From Ranitomeya imitator (taxonomy: Eukaryota): 64,000 bases of DNA. The stretch lies in contig NC_091287.1 in assembly GCF_032444005.1 (NCBI RefSeq), positions 503,936,001 through 504,000,000 on the forward strand. Reading direction: 5' to 3'. Position 1 is the stretch's first letter. Each line of letters starts with the position of its first letter. The position numbers and the translations under genes are program-made. Positions 12,064 to 23,169 of this stretch are shown one piece after another. The notes beneath the pieces are model-generated. The model was not told the DNA's origin, ran no database searches, and saw nothing but the letters and a program-made list of their open reading frames with translations.

Positions 12064-13700
12064 AAAGGAGATTTTTTTCCGGTGGAAAAAAAATACTACT
12101 ACGCGGGCTGTGCTGTATATACTACGACGCGGGCTGTGCTGTATATACTACTACGCGGGCTGTGCTGTATATACTACTACACGGGCTGTGCTGTGTACTA
12201 CTACAGGGGCGGTGCTATATCATGCAGGCAGTGCTATATACTATGCAAGTTGTGCTATATTATATGCGGGCTTTGATATATACTATGGCAGGTATATTAT
12301 ATTCTATGGGGGATGCCGTGTTATATACTATGTGGCTGTGTTATATACTATTGCGGGGGTATATTCTATTCTATGGGGGAGGCTGTGTTATATACTATGG
12401 GGGGTATATTATAATCTATGGGGGAGGCTGTCTTATATACTATGGGGGGCTGCATTATATTCTATGGGGGCTACATTATATATTATGGGGAGGTGGGCTG
12501 CATTATATTCTATGGGGGGCTGTATTAGATTTTATGAGGGATGAATCCTTTTATGAGGATGATCATACTCTTTGATGGGGCTGCATTATATTCAATGGGG
12601 AGGTGGGCTGTATTCTATTCTATTCGGGGCTACATTATATTCTATGGGGGGCTGTATTATATTTATATTCTATGAGGGGTGATTGCATCATACTATATGG
12701 GGGGCTGCATTATATTCTTTGGGGGGTTACATTATACTCTGGGGTGGCTGCATTATACTCTGGGGTGGTTGCATTATACTCTGTAGGGTGGTGGCTGCAT
12801 TATACTGTATGTGGGCTGCATTGTACTGTATTGAGGACTATGGGGAATACATTATACTATATGAAGAACTATGGGGTGCATTATAGTATGGGAAGTGAAT
12901 TGTACTACATGGATGACTATGGCGGAGCATTATACTATATGGAGCACTATGAAGAGTGTATTATGCTGTATGAAGGACTATGAGGAGTGTAATATACTAT
13001 GTGGAGGACTGAGCAGTGTATTTTAATATATGGAGGACTATAGGGAGTGTATTATACTATATGTAGGACTGTGGTGCAGATTATAATATATGGAGGACTA
13101 TGGGGTGTATTTTACTAAACAAGTAAAATGCTGCATATTCAGATTGTTTTTGCCAGAACAAAAATCCTTGTTCTCAGCAGCACATCGCCAGCATAAACTT
13201 CAGATGTGCTGCTGATAACATGATACTGTATGGTGATCTGTTAGTGATCTGTTAGTGATGGTTCTGTCCCATCATTATTCCTCAGCTGGTGGAAAGAGGC
13301 AGGGAAACAAGTGTTGAACAACTTCAGTATTGTCGATCAAACTCATTTAGCGGCCTGAACTCAGCGCTTGTAAATACAACCGAAATGCTTTTGTGTGACG
13401 TGCAATATGTTAGCATTTGGGGCCCCATTTTAAACTTTGCCTAGGGCCCCACTTTGCCTAAAACCGGCCCTGCCTACAAGTGTACAAAGATATTATACAG
13501 TCATCATGTGACAAGTGGGCCTGTGTGACTTCAAATGCCAGGGCTGAATTTTAGTCCCAGTCCGGCCCTGACTGGAGACCATTGCCTATGAGGGTTGAGC
13601 TAAGATTCTTCAGGAACGAAGTCAGAAGCTAGTGCATGGCTATGCATTACCTTTGCAGCAGGTCATAACAGCCAAATTCGCTCTTCTAAGTAGTAAAGAC

Positions 13701-13774
13701 TAGGGATAAGCGAATTTGATCTGCTCATGACTTATTCGGCAAGCTATAGAGCTTACCAAATTCGCTCATCTCTA
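13701..13774. mobile_element. 74-bp minimal hAT MITE
   Basis: TAGGGATAAGCGAA / TTCGCTCATCTCTA termini; TSD GTAAAGAC/GTAAAGAT. Confidence 0.7.
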
Positions 13775-14195
13775 GTAAAGATGCTTGTCATGAAGGGGTT
13801 GAATTCTGAGATTGCAATAGTTGATATTTTACTTTGAATTTGTATAAACTTCTCGTAACCGTTCTATTAGATGTGCTGAGTTCTTCTAACTATTCTTGTT
13901 TGACTGTTTTACTGCAAACAGCAGAACGTTTGTAAATTTTGATAATAAACCTAAATTTGTAATGGAGGTTGAATAATTTTGATTGCAAAGGTATACATAT
14001 CTCCGGAACTGCTGCTTCATAGTTCAAAATACTTATTCCTTAAAATAAAAAAATAAATAAATGAACCCATATATTATATTTTATGAGTATATAAAGAACT
14101 ATATAAAGAACAATTGAGGGCTGTGATTTGAAGACATGTGATGTACGGTAGATACAAGTAGTCATTGATATTTCCAAAGTCTTCATCACACTGAC

Positions 14196-14220
14196 CTGTT
14201 CGAAGGATGTATGACCTCCA
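14196..14220 (-). CDS. Candidate 25-nt coding exon (WRSYILRT) of an unidentified gene
   Basis: Acceptor TTTTGTTGCAG, donor CAG|GTCAGT; phase fits the exon at 17703-17755. Confidence 0.35.
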
Positions 14221-14679
14221 CTGCAACAAAACCAGTTTTTTTTGTGGACAGGCAAGACAAGTACAATAAGTACAGTTTGGCATTTGTCAAAAGGCATCCA
14301 TGATGTAGCAATAGAAATGCTGAACATATGAAAAGACAAATAAATACAATACATTCTCAGCATTGGACCTGGGTTCTTTAGACCCGCAAGCCAAAATCAC
14401 TCTAAGTCAAACCTTCGTCTATAAAGAACATATACACATCCTATATTATTTACATCTATTTCAAGTGTGTTTATTGAATTTTTATATAAAGAAAGGGGAA
14501 AAAGGGAGCATAAGATAAAAGGGAAAGGGAAGGAAGGGGTAAATAAATTGGATTAGGAAATATAAAGGGGTAGGGCAATAAATTTAGAGAACGCAAAGTT
14601 TACAATACACACTGTCATAGCACTGACCAACATTATACAACAATATGTGCTTCTTACATTATGTTATGATAATGAGTAC

Positions 14680-14833
14680 NNNNNNNNNNNNNNNNNNNNN
14701 NNNNNNNNNNNNNNNNNNNNNNNNNNNNNNNNNNNNNNNNNNNNNNNNNNNNNNNNNNNNNNNNNNNNNNNNNNNNNNNNNNNNNNNNNNNNNNNNNNNN
14801 NNNNNNNNNNNNNNNNNNNNNNNNNNNNNNNNN
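14680..14833. other. Assembly gap
   Basis: Run of N. Confidence 0.98.
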
Positions 14834-16159
14834 CCCACTCTCTTTTAAAACAGTACAGTAAATGAAAAACGCTGATTAATAGTCTTGTGGAAGTCAGAAT
14901 TAAATTAAGACCGTCTATTACTTACATCTAACCTACGTTGCTATTATAGTGGCATGTAAACGTTTGGGCACCCCGGTCAAAATTACTGTTATTGTGAATA
15001 GTTAAGCAAGTTGAAGATGAAATGATCTCTAAAAGGCCTCTAGAAAAATGTTTAAAAAAGGGTAATTTTGAAATTTAAAAAATATATATATATTTATCAT
15101 CTACACACCTATAAGGACACAAATTGTAAAACGATCACAATATTTATCCTGCACAGTAAACACTGTGAACAAAAAAGAAAGCCTGTGCCCAAATTGCTGT
15201 TTTTGTTGCTCGCTTCCCCAAAAATCTACATAAAAAGTGACTCAAAATGTTGCCTATAAATAAGTAGAAACAAATGCTATCAAACAGCTCAGTTGAGTGA
15301 AAAACACAAATGTTATGGACCATTAAATGCAGTATCACAAAAAATATTGTTTTTACTAAACAAAAACTATATAATATATATATATAAAATATATCAAATT
15401 TCATTTATTATTCAGCTTGTCCAGAATAAAGTTCACATGACAACCTCTATAAAACAGAAATCGAAAACAATGTCAAGATTGTTGCTTTTTTTTTTTCACC
15501 CACTCCCAAAATAAAAATAACAGACATCATGTTAAAAAAAAACTACAACTTAGCATGAAGAAACAAGCCCTCATATGGCTATGTCATCAGGAAAATAAAA
15601 AAGTAATGATTTCTGCGAAGCAGGGAGAAGACAAAATAACCTGCGGCGTCCGTAAAAGAGAGCTGTGCCGTCAGACTACTAGAGGAAGCTTTGGAGTCCA
15701 GCACATCAACGGCCATGAAACGCAATGACAGATAAAATACAATAAGAAGCAACCATGTGTATTATGAAGCAAAATAAATCTAAAATACAATTCCTTACGG
15801 GGATACACAGGTGGCTTTAAACACATAGGGGCTCAAAGGTGATCGCCTTCTCATCTCGGCACCTCATGTACAGCCTTCAGCTACACGCTGCACGTGCAGG
15901 CGAGAAGACCTGCGACCAATGTAATTAAAAGGCTGATGAAAAGGTGTGTGGTAACACGTTGTAAAATACCACTTCTACTTTCATCTGTCTGGACTTCAAT
16001 TTTTTTATTTATTTTTTTTTTTTAAAGCTGAACTTTTTTAGATTTTAGGCCAGAGACAAGATGCAGAGGTTGGGCAAAATTGTTAGGCTTAGCTTAACGA
16101 GCATGACAGATTAAAATATAATAGAAATGATGGAGCAACTGGCACAAGCAAAAACATTC

Positions 16160-16343
16160 GGGCTCATACTCACATGTGAGAAACTCGGATGAGTCTCGCA
16201 CATCAATACCCAGCATTGCCGCCGACCCTTGGATCAGAGCGCTCAGTAGCATGTATTTCTATGCAGCTTAACGCTCCGACCCGAGTGTGCCGAGTATTGA
16301 CGTCCGAGACTCGTCCGAGCTTCTCGCTTGTGAGTATGAGCCC
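16160..16343. mobile_element. Small Harbinger-type MITE
   Basis: GGGCTCATACTCAC / GTGAGTATGAGCCC TIR. Confidence 0.7.
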
Positions 16344-16706
16344 TTAGGCTACTTTCAGGAGCTTCTTGGCAACAGCCCACTGTCGTTCTCACGCACCTAT
16401 TTTATATTTGTGAAAGGTACATTTATCATTTATTTTTTTTGCCTCATTCATTTTTACACTAAGCTCTCACTACTCATTAAGATGATGCTGAAAACAAATT
16501 CCCTGCCTCCAGGGGCCTTATAGTAGCAGTTAAGAACATTTTTTTGCAAAAGTAGTAAATCATAAGAATAAACATAGAAGATTGGTGATTAGAAAACTAA
16601 AGTCAGCATCTATTACACCGCACAATGAATGCTATAAAAATGAAACAGAAAAAAACAATTTCCAAAAAATTTGCACAACTCTTTATGTCCATTCCTCATC
16701 CTCCCC

Positions 16707-17358
16707 TAGAGATGAGTGAATAAGTTCGAGTGGAAATGAATAATATTTGAATTGTACAAAAATCTACGTTTGCCAAAATGTGGATTTTTTTTGCAATTCG
16801 CTTTCGCATAGACTCAGTAAAATGAGAACTGCTGGTCGCCATTTTTCTGATCCAAAATGGGTCATGAAAAAGTTTTAAAAAATCCTTATACTCACTTCTT
16901 CTGCCCGTCCTGTACTAATTGCCACCCATCTGATCCTTGCCACATCTTTTGATTCCCCGTTACAAAAGTTGGAATCCCTGGGCCTCTCATGCTAAGCTAA
17001 GATGTCATGCTTTCATGAGGTCCGTGAGGGATCTCCCGGGACTCCATGAAAGCCAGAAGTGCCGGCTGAAAGTAAGAGGCACATGAATGGTGGGGGATCA
17101 GAAGATGCGATGAGCATCAAACCGAGGACAGTTAGGAGTGGAAGTACCGGAGACGTGAGAAGTAAGGTTAGTGTAAAGATTTTTTATTGTTTTTTTTACA
17201 TATTATGTTTATTATGCTCTGCGGTATGCAGAGACCTCACACCATATAAGGGACAATACATTTGCGGCTATAACTTACTGTATGTGTGAATCAAATTTTC
17301 TAAGTAAAAAACGCATGAACAGGTGAATTCAAATTTTGTTTGATCCGCTCTTTCTCTA
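16707..17358. mobile_element. Diverged hAT MITE (TAGAGATGAG family)
   Basis: TAGAGATGAGTGAA ... CCGCTCTTTCTCTA termini, loosely palindromic; TSD not preserved. Confidence 0.55.
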
Positions 17359-17702
17359 CACCCCCAACCAAAAAAAGTTATTAAGTTTCTCAATACATTA
17401 TAAGGTACATCACGTTAGCCGATAAACAACCACAACTGTACCAGGAACTTGTCAGTAAAGTAAAAAAAAGTTATTAGTATTGAAAGGTGAGATGGGGGTC
17501 TGTCAGTAGTGACCCCTATAGTTTGTGAAAATGAAGTATTTGCATGGCATATTTAATTGCGTGTCACTTCCGCAGTTTTTGCTAACTAGCAGATACAATG
17601 CAGGTGGACAACAGTACAGCTCCTATCAGGGTTGTCTGAGCACTGAGCAGACGGGGTCACAATTGGGCAAAGAAAAGTGTGCTACATAATACTTCATCTT
17701 AC

Positions 17703-17755
17703 TTGTAGAGAAGAAAGAATGTTGTGATGCACCAGGTCATTTATCTTGTTTATAG
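17703..17755 (-). CDS. Candidate 53-nt coding exon ((S)INKINDLVHHNILSSLQ)
   Basis: Acceptor CCTCTTCAATTTAACAG, donor CAA|GTAAGA; lies in non-repeat sequence. Confidence 0.45.
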
Positions 17756-17888
17756 CTGTTAAATTGAAGAGGTCAAGGCCATTTAGTGATCACAGAGTGA
17801 CTGCTCCTGGATCCTCTAGCCGCAGGACAAGCACGTGTCTTGAATGGCTTTCAGCATAAGAAAGGAAGAATTCTGCTTAGTTCTTCAA

Positions 17889-19147
17889 AAGTGATGAGCG
17901 AATATACTCGTTACTCAAGAGTTCCCGAGCACGCTCGGGGGTCCTCCGAGTATTTTTTAGTGCTCGGAGACTTAGTTTTCCTTGCAGCAGCTGAATGATT
18001 TACATCTGTTAGCCAGCTTGATTACATGTGTGGATTCCCTAGCAACCAGACAACCCCCACATGTACTTATGCTGGCTAGTAGGTGTAAATCATTCAGCTG
18101 CAGCGATTAAAAATAAATCTCCGAGCACTTACAAATACTCGGAGGACACCCGAGCGTGCTCGGGAAAACTCAAGTAATGAGTATATTCGCTCATCACTAG
18201 GGTTGAGCGAAATGGGTTGGCCAGATTAAGAAGTCGACGACTTTTGGCAAAGTCGGGTTTCATGAAACCCGACCCGACCCCTGTGTGGGGTCGGCCATGA
18301 AGTCGGCGATCTTCTGATCTGGAATCGGAATTCCGATACCGAGTTCCGATATGTTTAAGATATCGGGAATCGGTATCGGAATTCATATTTAAGTGTAAAA
18401 TAAAGAATAAAAATAAAAAAATATTGATATACTCACCCTCGGACGCGCCCTGGTTCTCACCGGCAGCCTTCCTTCCTAAGAATGAGCGCCTGAAGGGCCT
18501 TCAATGACGTCGCGGCTTGTGATTGGTCACGTGAGCGGTCACATGGGCGTCACGCGACTAATCACAAGCCGCAACGTCATCTAAGGTCCTTCAGGCGCTA
18601 ATTCTTAGGAAGGAAGCGTCCGAGGGCGCGTCCGAGGGTGAGTATATTCCTGATAGGTATATACTCACCCTCGGACGCGCCCTGGTTCTAACCCGCAGCC
18701 TTCCTTCCTAAGAATCAGCGCCTGAAGGACCTTAGATGACGTCGCGGCTTGTGATTGGTCGCGTGACGCCCATGTGACCGCTCACGCGACCAATCACAAG
18801 CCGCGACGTCATCGAAGGTCCTTCAGGCGCTCGTTCTTAGGAAGGAAGGCTGCCGGTGAGAACCAGGGCGCGTCCGAGGGTAAGTATATCAATATTTTTT
18901 ATTTTGATTCTTTATTTTACACCTAAATATGGATCCCAGGGCCTGAAGGAGAGTTTCCTCTCCTTCAGACCCTGGGAACCATTAGAAACCCAATGCACTG
19001 CATTGGGTTTCGTGTTTCGGCCGACCCCGACCCGACTTTTCTATAGGATCGGCCGATTTCACTCGACCAGGACTTGAAAAAGTCGGGTTTCGTGAAACCC
19101 GACCTGATCCTATAAAAAGAAAAGTCGCTCAACCCTACTCATCACTA
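17889..19147. mobile_element. hAT MITE (AAGTGATGAGCG...CGCTCATCACTA) with a nested element in its right TIR
   Basis: Exact 8-bp TSD TTCTTCAA (17881-17888, 19148-19155). Confidence 0.9.
18198..19137. mobile_element. 940-bp non-autonomous relative of the large hAT, in opposite orientation
   Basis: TIR TAGGGTTGAGCGA; TSD CTCATCAC (18190-18197, 19138-19145); both subterminal regions align with the ends of 19980-33739. Confidence 0.9.
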
Positions 19148-19297
19148 TTCTTCAATATAAAAGGGATTTCATAAAGATTTTTTTGCAATGGCTATTTTTT
19201 TTTTATTTTTTTAAAGTGCACAGAATGTTCTAAGTATGGCATATTTTTTTGCCTAATTGTCACTGGTGATCACTGTATTACCTGTAAACTGACACTA

Positions 19298-19777
19298 GAG
19301 TTGGGAAAAAAAAGTATTTAGTCTGCCACCAATTGTGCAAGTTCTCCCACTTAAAAAGATGAGAGAAGCCTGTAATTGACATCATAGGTAGACCACAACT
19401 ATGTGTTGCCCAGTGACAGGCCCAAAACATCACTGCTCTAGAGGAGATCTGCATGGAGGAATGGGCCAACATACCAACAACAGTGTGTGGCAACCTTGTG
19501 AAAAATTACAGAAAACGTTTGACCACTGTCATTGCCAACAAAGAATATATAGCAAAATATTGAGATGAACTTTTGTTAATGACCAAATACTTATTTTCCA
19601 CCATATTTTGAAAAATAAATCTTGCCAAATCAGACAAGGTGATTTTCTGGATTTGTTTTCTCATTTTGACTCTCATAGTTGTGGTCTACCTATGATGTCA
19701 ATTACAGGCCTCTCTCATCTTTTTAAGTGGGAGAACTTGCACAATTGGTGGCTGACTAAGTACTTTTTTCCCCACTA
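19298..19777. mobile_element. Non-autonomous Tc1-type element
   Basis: Long TIRs (GGGAAAAAAAAGTATTTAGTC.GCCACCAATTGTGCAAGTTCTCCCACTTAAAAAGATGAGAG and its inverse) with TA flanks. Confidence 0.75.
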
Positions 19778-21179
19778 TACAGAGCTTCTGTGTATAATGT
19801 CACTGGTGATCACTGTATTACCTGTACACTGACACTATACACTGTATACTATGTACAGAGCTCCTGTGTATAATGGCAATTATCGTAATATTAGTATTGT
19901 GTTTTTTTGTTAATGATCAGTATTGTAGTATTCGGTCACTATGTGGTGATAATATGTGATCTGATCATGGTGTGACAGTTAGAGTTGAGCGACCTTGACC
20001 TTTTTAGAGTCGAGCCGGGTTTTGCGAAACCCGACTATGTCCAAAGTCGGGTCGAGTGAAATCGGCCGATTATGACGTAAAGTCGGGATCGACCGAAACA
20101 CGAAACCCAATGCAAGTCAATGGGGCAGCATAGTCGGCAGTGAGTGGGGGCCAGGAAAACACCTAGAGTGCCCATTTTAATGTCAAAACCATCCATTCTT
20201 CTTAATGAAGCTTGTCAAGCGTAATTTACCTTAAAATAATTGGAAGGCATTTGAAATTGGGGGTCATTTGGCTAAAGTTGTGGGGGGTAGGGCTGGTTCA
20301 AGTAATTAGTGGGCCCAGTAAATCTGGACCACGTCACGGCAGTGGAGCAGGGAGAGGTAAGTATTTCAACTTTGCAAGTGCTGTGATCCTGAGCAAGCAG
20401 GGGGGGGCCCACTCGTTGGCATTGGCACTGGCACAGGGCCCCTCAAAGTACAGCGGTGTGTTTGCACGGCGGGGGCGCCTCCCACCGGCAGCAACACTTT
20501 TGCGTACTATGAGAGGCCCTGTGCCAGTGACGTCGCCAACTAGTATTCCTCCCCCCACCTGATGAAGGAACCTGCACTTTCATCTGCACCTTCCTCTTTG
20601 TCCCCGTGTAAGGTGGTATGGTATGCGGGAAGAGCAACCTGACTTTCAGCAGGGTCACAATGTTGTTGTGTAGCGTGCACGGGGAATGTTGCGTTATGGG
20701 TCAATGTACCAGCAGACTCATCTATCACTGGCTGGGCAATGGGCACGATGAAGTGGAAACACAGATATAGGCCCAAAGAAGAAAGTGGGCTAAATGCAGT
20801 TCAAAATTGGTAACACAGGAATAACCAGGGGGCATTGCAGTGGAGGACAACTGGAATGAGAGGCTGACACAGAGAGTAGGGCCAAATCAGTAAGTAGTCG
20901 AAATGCAGTTCAAAATTGGCAACCGTAGTAAACAGGCGGCACAGCTTTGTTCAGTGGAGGAGAACAGCAAGGAGTGGCAGACACCGATAGTAGGCCCCAA
21001 CCCAACTAGTAGGCCAAATGCAGTCTAACATTAACAACTACTTAACGAGAGGCTGAAAATGGAATTTCAGGACAGGAAACCAGGAGAACAGCAAGGAGTG
21101 GCAGACACCGATAGTAGGCCCCAAACCAACTAGTACGCCAAATGCAGTTGTTCCATTTAACCACAATTTAATGATAGCC

Positions 21180-22660
21180 TGAAGATAGAAGCTCAGGAAA
21201 GGCAACCTGGGGAACACCTTGGAGTGTAACACACCATCTCTCTCCACCCCATACCCATTTTGTAGGCCTAATGCTGTGTACTTTTCTACAACTACTAAAC
21301 GAGAGTCGGAAGACCGAAGCAATGGCAAGGAAACCTGGGGAACACCTTGGAGTGTAACACACCATCTCTCTCCACCCCATACCCAATTTGTAGGCCTAAT
21401 GCAGCCTACTTTCCGACACCTACTAAACGAGAGCATGAAGATCGAAGCTCAGGAAAGGCAACCTGGGGAACACCTTGGAGTGTAACACACCATCTCTCTC
21501 CACCCCATACCCATTTTTTAGGCCTAATGCAGTGTACTTTTCTACAACTACTAAACGAGAGTCGGAAGACCGAAGCAATGGCAAGGAAACCTGGGGAACA
21601 CCTTGGAGTGTAACACACCATCTCTCTCCACCCCATTCCCCATTTTTTAGGCCTAATGCAGCCTACTTTCCGACACCTACTAAACGAGAGCATGAAGATC
21701 GAAGCTCAGGAAAGGCAACCTGGGGAACACCTTGGAGTGTAACACACCATCTCTCTCCACCCCATACCCATTTTGTAGGCCTAATGCTGTGTACTTTTCT
21801 ACAACTACTAAACGAGAGTCGGAAGACCGAAGCAATGGCAAGGAAACCTGGGGAACACCTTGGAGTGTAACACACCATCTCTCTCCACCCCATACCCAAT
21901 TTGTAGGCCTAATGCAGCCTACTTTCCGACACCTACTAAACGAGAGCATGAAGATCGAAGCTCAGGAAAGGCAACCTGGGGAACACCTTGGAGTGTAACA
22001 CACCATCTCTCTCCACCCCATACCCATTTTTTAGGCCTAATGCAGTGTACTTTTCTACAACTACTAAACGAGAGTCGGAAGACCGAAGCAATGGCAAGGA
22101 AACCTGGGGAACACCTTGGAGTGTAACACACCATCTCTCTCCACCCCATTCCCCATTTTTTAGGCCTAATGCAGCCTACTTTCCGACACCTACTAAACGA
22201 GAGCATGAAGATCGAAGCTCAGGAAAGGCAACCTGGGGAACACCTTGGAGTGTAACACACCATCTCTCTCCACCCCATACCCATTTTGTAGGCCTAATGC
22301 TGTGTACTTTTCTACAACTACTAAACGAGAGTCGGAAGACCGAAGCAATGGCAAGGAAACCTGGGGAACACCTTGGAGTGTAACACACCATCTCTCTCCA
22401 CCCCATACCCAATTTGTAGGCCTAATGCAGCCTACTTTCCGACACCTACTAAACGAGAGCATGAAGATCGAAGCTCAGGAAAGGCAACCTGGTGAAAACC
22501 TTGGAGTGTAACACAACCTGTCTCTACACCCCATACACAATTAGTAGGCCTAATGCAGCGTAGTTTCCAACAGCTACTAAACGAGAGCCGGAAGATCGAA
22601 GCTCAGGAAAGGCAACCTGGGGAACACCTTGGAGTGTAACACAACCTCTCTCTACACCAC
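21180..22660. repeat. 128-bp tandem array with alternating A/B units and a 513-bp higher-order period, inside the hAT
   Basis: Identical ORF-track translations recur at 21219/21732/22245, 21347/21860 and 21475/21988. Confidence 0.92.
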
Positions 22661-23169
22661 GGAAGGGCTGATTCTTAGGAAGGAAGGCTGTTGTAAATAA
22701 GCATTGCGCGTCCGAGGGTGATTATATTCTTATTCGGTATCTACTCACCCTCGGACGCGCCATGCTTCTTGATTTGTAATTAATGTTTATTTGCAATGTG
22801 CTTTTGACTTACTCAATTATTTTTTTAATTATTGATTTTATTAAATTAATAGTTTAACATCTTATTGGAAATAATTTAAAGGAGACGCGACAGGACAACA
22901 CTCGGTGGATGCCATATCTGTGTTAACAACTCCAAAAAACTTTCAGTTAACTTCTTGCAGGAGAAAGAAATTGTAGCTGTTGGACCTTTGTAGTACAGTT
23001 CCAGATATTTGTTGTGTGTTTGTTTTGATTGTTAAAATGTCTGCATTTGAGATCTCAACACGATCTTATTTTTATAATCAAATTAATTTTTTAAATATTT
23101 TATTAGGTTGGTTCAAGGGGTACACGGGCCGCAGTAGACAGGTCAGTGGAGGCCTAGTGGAAGGAGGGA

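Larger units (their letters stand above)
9254..12092 (-). mobile_element. 5'-truncated Penelope-like retroelement (Neptune-type)
   Basis: RT C-terminal region followed by a GIY-YIG endonuclease with a Cys-rich linker; long 3' region with a hammerhead-like motif. Confidence 0.85.
8537..13570. mobile_element. Non-autonomous hAT element carrying minisatellites and nested PLE and SINE
   Basis: TIR CAGGGCCGGACTGG / CCAGTCCGGCCCTG; exact 8-bp TSD ACTGGAGA (8529-8536, 13571-13578). Confidence 0.9.
5430..13991 (-). pseudogene. Degenerate Tc1/mariner transposon in three pieces (~5430-5921, 8003-8536, 13571-13991)
   Basis: Remnants STVKHDSGLAMFWGCFA...GKMNSIKY and ILEWPSQ on the minus strand; the sequence resumes after each insertion; a TIR-like GGTTGAATAATTTTGATTGCAA ends near 13991 before TA. 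Confidence 0.7.

Noticed and set aside
13461-13471. Second hAT-like right end (AACCGGCCCTG)
   Set aside because: No matching left TIR or TSD found, so it is not called as a separate element.
15620-15960. GC-richer unique stretch that looked exonic
   Set aside because: Stops in the minus-strand frames between the best splice sites; the + strand frames are not recognisable.
21178-21215. CTGAAGA...GAAA in the 128-bp array, and CTGATGAAGG at ~20560
   Set aside because: No stem II/III pairing in the first and no GAAA in the second; not hammerheads.
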